A DNA stretch of 62,335 bases, from the IMG/VR virus record IMGVR_UViG_3300030380_000755, positions 1 through 62,335 of that record; one strand, 5' to 3'. Of this stretch, positions 53,556 to 62,335 are shown piece after piece. A model generated the notes under the pieces. That model ran no database searches. It was not told the DNA's origin and worked only from the letters and a program-made list of their open reading frames with translations. Source of the stretch: a virus. Taxonomy: Duplodnaviria; Caudoviricetes. Positions within the stretch are counted from its first letter, which is position 1. Each line of letters opens with the position of its first letter. A program made the position numbers and the translations under genes.

Positions 53556-53920
53556 TGGGTAATCAGTTTGCATCTTCTCAAAAGGTAATCGCACTTTGCG
53601 ATGTATGCGGGTTTCAGTACAAGTTGCGAGAACTAAAGAATTTGTTTGTGAAAGGGCGAGATACAAATGTAAAAGCGTGCCCTACGTGTTGGAATCCAGA
53701 CCAACCACAATTACGTCTTGGAGAATATCCAGTTAATGATCCGCAAGCCATTCGCAATCCACGACCAGATCAAAGCCTCGGCCCTTCTGGAGATTTTAGT
53801 AGTCGCGGCATCCAATGGGGTTGGAATCCCGTAGGTGGAGGGGATGATCCATTTGGGCTTACCCCTAACAATTTAATAGGTGCTGGTCAGATCGGCCAAG
53901 TTACCGTAAGTATAACATAG
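53555..53920 (+). CDS. Zinc-binding hypothetical protein
   Basis: CDVCGF...CPTCW, DPQAIRNPRPD. Confidence 0.7.
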   Translation: MGNQFASSQKVIALCDVCGFQYKLRELKNLFVKGRDTNVKACPTCWNPDQPQLRLGEYPVNDPQAIRNPRPDQSLGPSGDFSSRGIQWGWNPVGGGDDPFGLTPNNLIGAGQIGQVTVSIT

Positions 53921-53930
53921 GAGTGTTAAT

Positions 53931-54098
53931 ATGAAAGTGTTTGACATGAAAGAACCCAAAGTCACAACGGCTAAAGGGGTACAACCAGTAAAAGGCGCAC
54001 CAAAACCTAGTATGAAAGATGTTAAGACTACGGGCATAAAGGTGCGTGGTACAGGCGCAGCTACAAAAGGTCTTATGGCCCGTGGGCCTATGGGGTAA
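53931..54098 (+). CDS. 55-aa basic protein (not in ORF track)
   Basis: AGGAG SD; C-terminal RGTGAATKG..ARGPMG. Confidence 0.7.
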   Translation: MKVFDMKEPKVTTAKGVQPVKGAPKPSMKDVKTTGIKVRGTGAATKGLMARGPMG

Positions 54099-54101
54099 GT
54101 T

Positions 54102-54731
54102 ATGAATTATACCGAGCTGAAAACTAACATTGAAGACATCTGTGAGAATTCGTTTACAGATGACCAGCTCGCTATGTTCACACAGCAGGCTGAACAAAAA
54201 ATATACAACACAGTGCAAATACCCGCATTGCGTAAGAACGTAACGGGTGCGGTGACAGCAAGTAACAAATACCTGTCTTCTCCAAGTGATTTTTTGTATA
54301 GCTATAGTCTTGCTGTGATAGACGGTAATGGTGTGTATTATTATCTTCTTAACAAAGATGTAAACTTTATGCGGGAAGCGTACCCCAACCCAACATCAAC
54401 AGGGTTACCAAAACATTATGCCTATTTTGATGATGACACAATTATCCTTGGACCCACCCCAGACAGTTCATATGCCATGGAGCTGCATTACGGATATTAT
54501 CCGCAATCTATTGTTACTGCGGGCACTACATGGCTTGGTGAAGAGTTTGACTCCGCACTACTAAACGGAGCTTTGATTGAAGCTATACGTTTTATGAAGG
54601 GTGAACCAGATATTGTTGCAATGTACGAAAAGATGTATTTGCAATCTATAACGCTGTTGAAGGCACTCGGAGACGGCAAACTACGTGAAGACGCATATCG
54701 CTCGGGGCAGTTCCGAGTGCCAGTAAGTTAA
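54102..54731 (+). CDS. Head-tail adaptor / tail tubular protein A-like
   Basis: MNY.ELK..I, G.PKHYA, GPTPD..Y..EL.Y, LL.G.L.EA motifs. Confidence 0.65.
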   Translation: MNYTELKTNIEDICENSFTDDQLAMFTQQAEQKIYNTVQIPALRKNVTGAVTASNKYLSSPSDFLYSYSLAVIDGNGVYYYLLNKDVNFMREAYPNPTSTGLPKHYAYFDDDTIILGPTPDSSYAMELHYGYYPQSIVTAGTTWLGEEFDSALLNGALIEAIRFMKGEPDIVAMYEKMYLQSITLLKALGDGKLREDAYRSGQFRVPVS

Positions 54732-54741
54732 GGAGACAGAA

Positions 54742-55212
54742 ATGGCAATTACACAAGCAATGTGCACATCCTTCAAAGTCGCTCTATTAGACGGCGAGAT
54801 GGATTTTAGTGCTAATACAACACAAGTTTTCAGAATCGCTTTGTACACAAGTTCCGCTACACTAAACGCTGCTACAACAGCATACGGTGGTACTATCGGC
54901 GGTTCGGTGGACTCTAACGGAGAATGCGCTGCTACAGGAAATTATACTGCAGGTGGGAATATTCTTTCTATCTCGGCTAATCCCAGCAACGGTGGATCAG
55001 GTACTACAGCGTTCTTAGATTTCGCAGACACTACGTGGACTAATGCTACAATCACGGCGCGTGGAGCGTTGATTTACAAAGTTGGCGGTAGTAACCCTGC
55101 CGTTGCTGTACTTGATTTCGGGGCAGATAAGACATCTACTGCAGGTGACTTTCAGGTTCAGTTCCCAACAGCAGATGCGACAAACGCCATTGTGCGTATT
55201 GCTACTCCGTAA
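54742..55212 (+). CDS. Tail/virion structural protein
   Basis: CTSFK, IALY, YTAGG, TITARGALIY, LDFG.D motifs. Confidence 0.65.
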   Translation: MAITQAMCTSFKVALLDGEMDFSANTTQVFRIALYTSSATLNAATTAYGGTIGGSVDSNGECAATGNYTAGGNILSISANPSNGGSGTTAFLDFADTTWTNATITARGALIYKVGGSNPAVAVLDFGADKTSTAGDFQVQFPTADATNAIVRIATP

Positions 55213-55221
55213 AGTGAGTAG

Positions 55222-55998
55222 ATGCCGTCTTCTGTAGAATATGCAGGTTGGGGTTCCGGTCCTTGGGGTCAAACGGCTTGGGGCACTAACCTAACCATAG
55301 TATATGTTGACGGCGTAGCCGCAGAGGGCGCTATTGGGTCTGTATCTGTAGATGCTAAAGCTACTGCAGTAGTCACGGGTGTAGAAGCTGACGGACACAT
55401 AAATGTAGTAGGTATTGACGCTGAAGCCGATGTTCTTGTTCAAGCGGTCCGTGCAGTAGGTTCAATAGGCACAGTTACGGTTAGCGCTGCTGCCGATATA
55501 TCAGTAACTGGGATAGAAGCAGACGGTGTTATAGGCACTGTCACTATGACTGGTACAGCTAACGTGTCACCTACAGGCGTGGAAGCCGATGGTGAAATCG
55601 GTACAGCCGTAGCAGACGCAGAAGCCAATGTATCCGTTACAGGCGTGGAAGCCAATGGTGCTGTAGGCACTATTACCATGACTGGTGCAGCTAACGTGTC
55701 ACCTACAGGTGTAGAAGCCGATGGTGAAATAGGTGACGTATTTCTCGCCCTTGGTATTGTAGTTTCAGTTACGGGATTGCAAGGGAACGCAGAACTTGGT
55801 ACTGTAACCGTATCAGCCAAAGCAGATATATCTGTTACAGGGCTTGCAGCTACGGGAATTATTGGTCTCGCAAATGTATGGGGCGAGATTGATGATAACC
55901 AAACACCTAATTGGACACCTATCGCCAGTACGCAATCTCCTTCGTGGGGGACCGTATCTGAAACACAAACTCCAAACTGGCAAGATATAGCCGCATGA
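55222..55998 (+). CDS. Virion fibre-like protein with ~22-aa beta repeats
   Basis: Repeated V..TGVEA.G.IGTV units; DNA-level duplication at 55546 and 55678. Confidence 0.7.
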   Translation: MPSSVEYAGWGSGPWGQTAWGTNLTIVYVDGVAAEGAIGSVSVDAKATAVVTGVEADGHINVVGIDAEADVLVQAVRAVGSIGTVTVSAAADISVTGIEADGVIGTVTMTGTANVSPTGVEADGEIGTAVADAEANVSVTGVEANGAVGTITMTGAANVSPTGVEADGEIGDVFLALGIVVSVTGLQGNAELGTVTVSAKADISVTGLAATGIIGLANVWGEIDDNQTPNWTPIASTQSPSWGTVSETQTPNWQDIAA

Positions 55999-56008
55999 GG
56001 AACAGAAC

Positions 56009-59000
56009 ATGACAACTCAATACACTTCCATCCTTAAACTAGCGTTGCCAGTACAGGGTGAACTTTCTGGTACTTGGGGTGACGTAGTAAACGATAACAT
56101 CACCTCTATGGTCGAACAGGCCATCGCAGGGCGTGCAGTTATTAATACGTGGACTGCGAACGCACACACGCTCACTAGCGCCAACGGTACGACTTCAGAA
56201 TCACGTTGTGCTATGTTGGAGCTTACCGATACAGGTACCGCGTTGTCTGGAGCAGGTTCAGTTGTGTGCCCCACAGCGTCTAAAATTTACATCGTGAAGA
56301 ACGCGGCTGGACAGAATATCACTGTTAAAACTGCGTCGGGTACGGGTGTTCTTGTGCCTAATGGACGTACTACTTTTCTGTTTTGTGATGGCACAAATGT
56401 TGTTGAGGCGCTTACACATACTACGTCTCTACAGTTGGGCACTAGCACAACAGTTACGGCTGTTCTTGATGAAGATAATATGGCTTCTAATAGCGCTACA
56501 TCTTTGGCTACACAACAGTCAATTAAAGCTTATGTAGACAGCAAAGTTAGTGATTTTGACAGCCTTGCAGAAGTATTGGCTGTGGGTAACACTACAGGTT
56601 CAAACAACATTGTTGTAGATAATGGACAAAAGATTACTACAAATACCATTGACGAGACTACAGCAGGCTCTGGGGTTACGATTGACAGCGTGCTACTCAA
56701 GGATGATGTGGTTAACGCTACGGATATAGAAACTGGGTCTATATCAGCTAATGATGGTACAGCAGCCGCTACTATAGCGAACTCTACAGGGGTCATTACA
56801 GTCCCTTCAGCGGTCCTTACAACAGCCGACATCAATGGCGGTACAGCGGATGGCGTAGTTATTGGCGGAGCAACTCCTGCAGCGGCTACGGTTACTACAG
56901 CAACAGCTAACACAAATCTTACTATTGCAGGTACAGTCACGGTCACTTCGATCTTGGACGAAGATAATATGGCTTCTAATAGCGCTACATCTTTGGCTAC
57001 ACAGCAATCTATTAAGGCTTATGTGGACGCACAGGTTGGCACGGTTGATACACTTGCCGAGGTGCTTGGCAATGGCAACACGACTGGCGGTAATGACATC
57101 GTATTTAGCGCAGGGGACAATATTACCAACGCTTCTGGTGATCTTACTATAGATGTAGCAGGGGATATTATTCTTGATGCAGATGATGGAATTGTAAATT
57201 TTAAAGACGGTGGCACTTCTTATGGATTAGTAGCAAAAAGTGGTAACAATCTTATTGTAAAATCTCAAATCAGTGACGGTGATTTTGTTATAAGAGGTAA
57301 TGATGGTGGTAGTGAGATTGATGCTATTACAATTGATATGTCTGAGGGCGGCAATGCTGGCCTTGGGGTTTCTCCAACGACTTCATACGGCAATGTTTTA
57401 CAAATTCACGACACAGGAACTAGCGGTGCTAATCTAAGACTAACTGACAGCACGAGTGGCGCTGGAACTGGCAACGGTTTTGAAATCATCCAAATAGGTG
57501 CAGACGACTACATCATGAACCGTGAAAACGGTTTTATTGCTACATACACGAATAATACAGAACGACTCCGCATAGGGTCAGATGGCAATGTGGCTATTGG
57601 AAATTCAAGCACAGCCTCTGCTAAAACACTTATTTCTCTAACAGGTACGGCAGTTACTGGGGATACGGATGGTGCGACCATAGGTGCAAGTGGTATTGTT
57701 AACTTGCATAATGGGAACAGCGGAACAAATAGCACTGTGATGCTGCTTGGCACAACTAACGCTAGTGTTATAGGTCAGATTGCGAGTGGCATAGGTTTTT
57801 CTAGGGAAAGTTCTGGTGATTGGGGAACGCAACTAAGATTTTACACTCACTCAACATCAACGTCTGATCTTGATGAGCTAAATGAAGCTATGCGTATCAA
57901 CAGTAGCGGTAATGTTGGTGTTGGTGTTACTACTATACAAGGTAGTGTTAATGGTAAAACTTTAGAAACCTCTGGCTGCTTGGTAGTTGGTGGTAATCTT
58001 GCTGCACACCAAACAAATCGAGGCGTTTTTGAATACCAAGGCAATGTATTTCAAATGCGAGCATATGGAGCTAGTGCAGGACAAGGAGAAATAGCTTTCC
58101 GCACAGGTGGAGGCGGTGGCGGTGCTGATAGTGAAGCTGTACGTATCGACAGTAGCGGTAACTTGCTTGTGGGAACTACAAATGCAAATCCTACAGGTGC
58201 AGATGTTGTTGGTGCTTCTATTGATGCTTCTGGTGAAGGTAACTTTTCAGTAGATGGTGCTGAAGCTTTACGTTTAAATCGTAAATCATCTGATGGTGAA
58301 ATACTTAATCTACGCAAAGACGGCGGCACTGTGGGGAGTATTGCTACTTTTGCCTCAGAAATAGCAATAGGTTCAAATGATGCTTTCTTGTGGACAAGTG
58401 GTAACAATAATGCATTTTTACCTGCCTCTACAAGTACAGGTGGCGCATCGAATGGATTATTAGACCTTGGTTCTTCTGGCAGGAATTTCAAAGACCTCCA
58501 TCTGTCAGGCACAGGCAATGTTGGTAACTTAACTTTAACTGGCGGTGGGGTAATTGGCTCTAATGGAACTAGCGACACTCTAGTTCTGACTGGCTCTAAT
58601 GCAGAGCATAGTGGCGCTGGCATAACTCTTCATGGGAATACACATGCTAGTGCAAGTGTAACTCTTTTCAAAGCTGGCTCTTCAGAAATTATGCGGATTC
58701 AGAGTGGAAAAGTTTCAATTAACACGAGTTCAGCACTCTCTACTTTACATGTCAGAGACTCAGGTGCAAATTCTGGATCTTTACGAGTAGGCGGTAATGG
58801 CGCTTCTCTTGGTTTAGAATTACTTTACGATCAGGCAGCGGCTACAGAAAGTATTATCCAAGCTAATCCTTCTTACACATCAACTTCACAACTGCTTAAA
58901 ATTAGGTCTGATGGTGATTTAAATACAAATCAATTAGTCCTTGATGGGGCTGGCAATGTAATGGTTGGAGGAACCAACGGAAATCCTGTAGGTAACCATG

Positions 59001-59461
59001 TTTCTCAAGTGATCATGCATCCCACAAACGGAACTGGTATTCACAGAGATGGCGGTACACCTTTCAAGCTGGGAACTGACGGAAACCGTGCAATACTTAT
59101 TTTTCACATCAATGGGGCTGATGTTGGGTCAATTGATGTTTCTGGTTCTACCACCGCATACAACGAATCCTCAGACCATCGATTAAAGACTGACGTTCAG
59201 TCAATGACAGGTGCAACAGATCGTCTGAAGCAACTTAACCCTGTTAATTTTGAGTGGATTATCGATGGCACTAGGGCAGATGGTTTTTTAGCGCATGAGG
59301 TTCAATCAATCGTACCACAGGCAATTACAGGTGAAAAAGATGCAGTAGATGCAGATGGTAATCCAGAATATCAAGGCATTGACCAAAGCAAGCTAGTGCC
59401 ACTGTTGGTAAAAACAATTCAAGAACTAGAAGCCCGAATAACAGCACTAGAAGGAGTATAA
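56009..59461 (+). CDS. Tail fibre with C-terminal intramolecular chaperone (peptidase S74)
   Basis: E..RI.S.GNV.IG repeats; SSDHRLKTD, GFLAHEVQ, L..TIQEL motifs. Confidence 0.9.
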   Translation: MTTQYTSILKLALPVQGELSGTWGDVVNDNITSMVEQAIAGRAVINTWTANAHTLTSANGTTSESRCAMLELTDTGTALSGAGSVVCPTASKIYIVKNAAGQNITVKTASGTGVLVPNGRTTFLFCDGTNVVEALTHTTSLQLGTSTTVTAVLDEDNMASNSATSLATQQSIKAYVDSKVSDFDSLAEVLAVGNTTGSNNIVVDNGQKITTNTIDETTAGSGVTIDSVLLKDDVVNATDIETGSISANDGTAAATIANSTGVITVPSAVLTTADINGGTADGVVIGGATPAAATVTTATANTNLTIAGTVTVTSILDEDNMASNSATSLATQQSIKAYVDAQVGTVDTLAEVLGNGNTTGGNDIVFSAGDNITNASGDLTIDVAGDIILDADDGIVNFKDGGTSYGLVAKSGNNLIVKSQISDGDFVIRGNDGGSEIDAITIDMSEGGNAGLGVSPTTSYGNVLQIHDTGTSGANLRLTDSTSGAGTGNGFEIIQIGADDYIMNRENGFIATYTNNTERLRIGSDGNVAIGNSSTASAKTLISLTGTAVTGDTDGATIGASGIVNLHNGNSGTNSTVMLLGTTNASVIGQIASGIGFSRESSGDWGTQLRFYTHSTSTSDLDELNEAMRINSSGNVGVGVTTIQGSVNGKTLETSGCLVVGGNLAAHQTNRGVFEYQGNVFQMRAYGASAGQGEIAFRTGGGGGGADSEAVRIDSSGNLLVGTTNANPTGADVVGASIDASGEGNFSVDGAEALRLNRKSSDGEILNLRKDGGTVGSIATFASEIAIGSNDAFLWTSGNNNAFLPASTSTGGASNGLLDLGSSGRNFKDLHLSGTGNVGNLTLTGGGVIGSNGTSDTLVLTGSNAEHSGAGITLHGNTHASASVTLFKAGSSEIMRIQSGKVSINTSSALSTLHVRDSGANSGSLRVGGNGASLGLELLYDQAAATESIIQANPSYTSTSQLLKIRSDGDLNTNQLVLDGAGNVMVGGTNGNPVGNHVSQVIMHPTNGTGIHRDGGTPFKLGTDGNRAILIFHINGADVGSIDVSGSTTAYNESSDHRLKTDVQSMTGATDRLKQLNPVNFEWIIDGTRADGFLAHEVQSIVPQAITGEKDAVDADGNPEYQGIDQSKLVPLLVKTIQELEARITALEGV

Positions 59462-59464
59462 CAC

Positions 59465-59773
59465 ATGGCTGTAACACACACATGGACTATTGAAACAGTA
59501 GAACGAAATTTGAGTGATGGTGGCATCACAACTATTCATTGGCGATGCACAGGGGTAGATGGCGATCACTCAGCGAGTAACTACGGCACAACAAACCACA
59601 CTCCAGATTCATCGGACAGCGGTTTTATTGCTTACGACAGCGTAACTGAAGCTAACTGCATTGCTTGGGCGCAAGCTGCGCTAGATAAGAATGCGATTGA
59701 AACAGCTATTGCTGATGATATTGGTATCCAAAAAACACCAACAACAGGCTCTGGGACACCTTGGGCTGCATAA
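59465..59773 (+). CDS. Tail-fibre-associated protein
   Basis: IHWR, FIAYD..TE....W, PW motifs; follows the fibre gene. Confidence 0.65.
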   Translation: MAVTHTWTIETVERNLSDGGITTIHWRCTGVDGDHSASNYGTTNHTPDSSDSGFIAYDSVTEANCIAWAQAALDKNAIETAIADDIGIQKTPTTGSGTPWAA

Positions 59774-59791
59774 CTTAGAAAGGAGATCACA

Positions 59792-60016
59792 ATGGCTGAG
59801 AAAAAAACAAACACCATTACGATCAACGACACAGACTACACTGAAGACCAACTAACAGATCAGCAAAAGATTATGATTAATCATATCGCTGACCTAGATC
59901 GTAAGATTGGATCAACTCAGTTTAATCTGGATCAACTGCAAGTCGGTAAAAAAGCCTTTATGGATATGCTGACAAACTCTTTGGAAGAATCCCCACAAGA
60001 GGTAGCGGCAGAATAA
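59792..60016 (+). CDS. Small coiled-coil protein
   Basis: AAGGAG SD; 74 aa. Confidence 0.7.
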   Translation: MAEKKTNTITINDTDYTEDQLTDQQKIMINHIADLDRKIGSTQFNLDQLQVGKKAFMDMLTNSLEESPQEVAAE

Positions 60017-60249
60017 TGGAAATGAACGCGCTCATAAATATAGGATTAACTGCTGCAATAGGTGGTTTAGGTTGGTGGTTAAAAGCTCAACACAGTGAAC
60101 TTGGGCGCGTTCAAATTCTCTTGAATAAAACAAGAGAAGAAATGGCAAAAGAGTATGTCACTAAAACTGATAGCTCTACGGTTATGAATCAAATCGTCGC
60201 ACGGTTTGATAGAATTGAAGAAAAAATAGATCGTTTAATGGAACGGTGA
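60016..60249 (+). CDS. Membrane-anchored coiled-coil protein (lysis-associated)
   Basis: N-terminal TM helix, EYVTK, RIEEKIDRL. Confidence 0.65.
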   Translation: MEMNALINIGLTAAIGGLGWWLKAQHSELGRVQILLNKTREEMAKEYVTKTDSSTVMNQIVARFDRIEEKIDRLMER

Positions 60250-60250
60250 A

Positions 60251-60424
60251 ATGCTTTGCACGCTCGTATTCATAGGGTACGGGCATGTGTTTATAAACGG
60301 CTACGGCAGTTGGTTTTACAAAGCCTGCTGGTATGACTGTGGCACGCGACCCTATAGCTACTATGACAGGATTTACCGAGTTTATCCTGATTACCAGTGT
60401 CCGGTGAGGTTTCGTGAAGCATGA
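60251..60424 (+). CDS. 57-aa Cys/Tyr-rich protein (not in ORF track)
   Basis: MLCTLV...C.YDC...YQCP; fills the gap and overlaps the next ATG. Confidence 0.55.
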   Translation: MLCTLVFIGYGHVFINGYGSWFYKACWYDCGTRPYSYYDRIYRVYPDYQCPVRFREA

Positions 60425-60897
60425 TTGATCCAGCTAGTGCAATTGCAGCCTGTACCCTTGCTTTTAACGGCATAAAAAAAGCCGTTTCTGTGGGTAAAGA
60501 AATAAGTGAACTTGGAACTGATCTTTCTAGGTTCGGTAAAGCTGTGTCTGATTTAGATTATCTTGGAAATAAAGCTAAAGACCCTCCGTTATGGCGAAGA
60601 GTCAAACCGGGGTTTGATACGTCAGCCGTTGAAATATGGGCAGCGCAACAAAAAGCAAAAGAAATGCGAGAGGAGTTAAAATCGTATATCTCTTTATATT
60701 ATGGACCATCTGCATGGAAAAGCATCGTGGCAATAGAGGCTGAACAAAGAAAGTTACAGAAAGAAGCGGTATATAAAAGACAAGAAAAAATAGATAATCT
60801 CATAAACTGGGTGGTTGGAATTTGCATAGTTTTATTTGGATTTGTTTTATTTGGCGCAATGATATACTTTATCGGTAAAGCTAGAGGTCAGTGGTGA
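60421..60897 (+). CDS. Membrane protein with C-terminal TM helix
   Basis: MIDP start; coiled coil; hydrophobic C-terminus. Confidence 0.7.
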   Translation: MIDPASAIAACTLAFNGIKKAVSVGKEISELGTDLSRFGKAVSDLDYLGNKAKDPPLWRRVKPGFDTSAVEIWAAQQKAKEMREELKSYISLYYGPSAWKSIVAIEAEQRKLQKEAVYKRQEKIDNLINWVVGICIVLFGFVLFGAMIYFIGKARGQW

Positions 60898-61067
60898 TGG
60901 TTTATATCTTAGTATTCTTGCATTTCGTTAATACAGATCATTTAAAATATTACCAAATAAAATCATTTTCGGATTATGAGGAATGCCAAGTAGAAGCAGA
61001 AAAGGCAAAAATAATAGTTACTCATACGTCTATGACGGTGACTTGCCTCCAGCTTACAAACCAATAA
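60897..61067 (+). CDS. 56-aa hypothetical protein (not in ORF track)
   Basis: MVYILVFL...F..YEEC...TCL; start overlaps the upstream TGA. Confidence 0.55.
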   Translation: MVYILVFLHFVNTDHLKYYQIKSFSDYEECQVEAEKAKIIVTHTSMTVTCLQLTNQ

Positions 61068-61204
61068 TAGTAGAAAAAGGTAAAAAGTTTGCAGCTTATA
61101 ATAAAAATGGTAAGTTACTTATAATAGGATACAATAGAAAGATTGTTGAAAGGTACGCCTATGAACAAGAAAAAGTACGATTTAAACGACAACGGGAAGA
61201 TTGA
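60983..61204 (+). CDS. Possible small protein, start uncertain
   Basis: Only the C-terminal part fills otherwise empty space (61068-61160). Confidence 0.35.
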   Translation: MPSRSRKGKNNSYSYVYDGDLPPAYKPIIVEKGKKFAAYNKNGKLLIIGYNRKIVERYAYEQEKVRFKRQRED

Positions 61205-61466
61205 TCCAGACGAACGTGAGATTATGCTCGAAGATCGCCGTCGTATGATGGAAGATGCTGACGCCAAGCGTGATGCACAGCTTCGCATGACTTGGTTTGC
61301 GCTTAGTGGAATGGTTTTATACCCATTTGCTATTGTTCTTGCCTCTTGGATGGGCTTAGAACAAGCCTCTAATCTACTCGCAGATATAGCAGCAGTTTAT
61401 GTAGTTGCAGTATCAGGTGTTACAGCAGCGTATTTTGGTTTTACAAACATGGGGTCTAACAAATGA
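61161..61466 (+). CDS. Two-TM holin-like protein with N-terminal EF-hand loop
   Basis: DLNDNGKIDPDE loop; two hydrophobic helices; ends AYFG. Confidence 0.7.
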   Translation: MNKKKYDLNDNGKIDPDEREIMLEDRRRMMEDADAKRDAQLRMTWFALSGMVLYPFAIVLASWMGLEQASNLLADIAAVYVVAVSGVTAAYFGFTNMGSNK

Positions 61467-61582
61467 CTAAATTAAATAAATCAAATAAAAAGACTGTTAA
61501 AAAAGTTATAAAAGGTTTGACCAAAGCTTCTAAACTTCATGCTGGTCAAGCAAAGAAACTTAAAAAGGTTATTAAAAAATGA
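61463..61582 (+). CDS. 39-aa Lys-rich peptide (not in ORF track)
   Basis: KKVIKGL.KASKLHAGQAKKL; overlaps both neighbours by 4 nt. Confidence 0.55.
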   Translation: MTKLNKSNKKTVKKVIKGLTKASKLHAGQAKKLKKVIKK

Positions 61583-61974
61583 TAGGACAGTTATTAGGAA
61601 ACGCCATTGGTCCAATAGCGAATCTTGCTGGAAGTTGGATACAAGGTAAAGCCGATAAGACCGCAGCTAACGCAAAGTTAAAGCTTGTCGAGGCGGAATC
61701 GAAAGCAGCCATTTTAATGTCAAAAGAAACCTCTACCGCAGATTGGGAAAGGATTATGGCAGAGAGCACAAAAAACTCGTGGAAAGACGAATTTATAACT
61801 ATTGTAGTAATGATTCCAGTTATTTTATGTTTCATTCCGGGTTTAGAAGCTGTCGTAAAAAACGGTTTTGATCGTCTTTCTGAACTGCCCGAGTGGTATA
61901 CTTGGCTCGTTTTTGCTGTATGCTCTGCGGCCATAGGAATCCGTGGTGGTAAACAATTTATGGGTAAGAAATAA
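61579..61974 (+). CDS. Holin-like protein (3-TM / GTA-holin type)
   Basis: SWKDE, GF..L..LPEWY, A.GIR motifs; hydrophobic segments. Confidence 0.65.
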   Translation: MIGQLLGNAIGPIANLAGSWIQGKADKTAANAKLKLVEAESKAAILMSKETSTADWERIMAESTKNSWKDEFITIVVMIPVILCFIPGLEAVVKNGFDRLSELPEWYTWLVFAVCSAAIGIRGGKQFMGKK

Positions 61975-62335
61975 TGGAAAACATGAAGCTCCCTATAACG
62001 GTAATAGGCGTTATCGTCTTGCAGATAGGTGGCTTTATCTGGTGGACTGCGCAGCAAGCAAGTACAATCTCAAACCTTGAAGAGACAGTGAGCATTTTAA
62101 CTGTTGAAAACAACGCTACGGACAGAACAAATTTAATTAGAGATGTAGAGCAAAATAAAGAAAAAATAGATGAAATGATTGATACTCTTGCTGAAATGTA
62201 TGAAGACATGGAGGATTGGGATAACGAAATCTGGGATGAAGTGGATATGATCCACGAAGATATGGGCGGTATGGCTTCTCATATGATGGAAATCATAAAG
62301 ATTCAGGCTCGTGTTAAGACCCTAGAAGGCACGTT
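61974..62335 (+). CDS. Membrane-anchored coiled-coil protein (possible spanin-like), continues across the circular junction
   Basis: MENMKLPITVIGVIVLQIGGFIWW then coiled coil; frame is open to the window end. Confidence 0.7.
   Translation, partial: MENMKLPITVIGVIVLQIGGFIWWTAQQASTISNLEETVSILTVENNATDRTNLIRDVEQNKEKIDEMIDTLAEMYEDMEDWDNEIWDEVDMIHEDMGGMASHMMEIIKIQARVKTLEGT
62222..62335. repeat. Terminal overlap, copy 2 (matches 1-114)
   Basis: See 1-114. Confidence 0.95.

Noticed and set aside
56009-59461. Diversity-generating retroelement or invertase-driven fibre switching
   Set aside because: No reverse transcriptase or invertase, and no adenine-specific mismatched repeat pair was seen.

Overview
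This window looks like an essentially complete, circularly permuted ~62.2 kb tailed-phage genome. The last 114 nt re-read the first 114 nt with 8 mismatches. Gene content points to a podovirus-like marine or aquatic phage; an alphaproteobacterial host is only an inference. A rightward late arm (41792 through the end, wrapping to 21744) encodes terminase, portal, GroES, scaffold, a Mu gpT-like capsid protein, adaptors, tail fibre, lysis genes and very large internal/ejection proteins. A leftward early/replication arm (41424 to 21815) encodes a MoxR-like AAA ATPase, a vWA-metallopeptidase, a VRR-NUC nuclease, PolA, a Cas4-like exonuclease, an SNF2 helicase, an SSB and a primase-helicase. The most striking observations are: (1) an acyl carrier protein plus a Cys-His-His ketosynthase plus a possible acyltransferase, tightly coupled inside the tail/ejection-protein operon, which is a candidate virion-protein lipidation system; (2) 11 copies of a TTAGGG-N4-CCCTA palindrome confined to the early arm, six of them just upstream of Shine-Dalgarno sequences, with a second co-occurring motif TACTGGTATC; (3) two candidate structured RNAs (31576-31736 and 50076-50149); (4) a shared [FYML]xxGG motif linking ejection proteins to a cluster of very basic small proteins; (5) an iteron-like putative origin. 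I recognised no integrase, tRNA, CRISPR array or ribonucleotide reductase. All family calls come from reading motifs by eye; no database searches were run.
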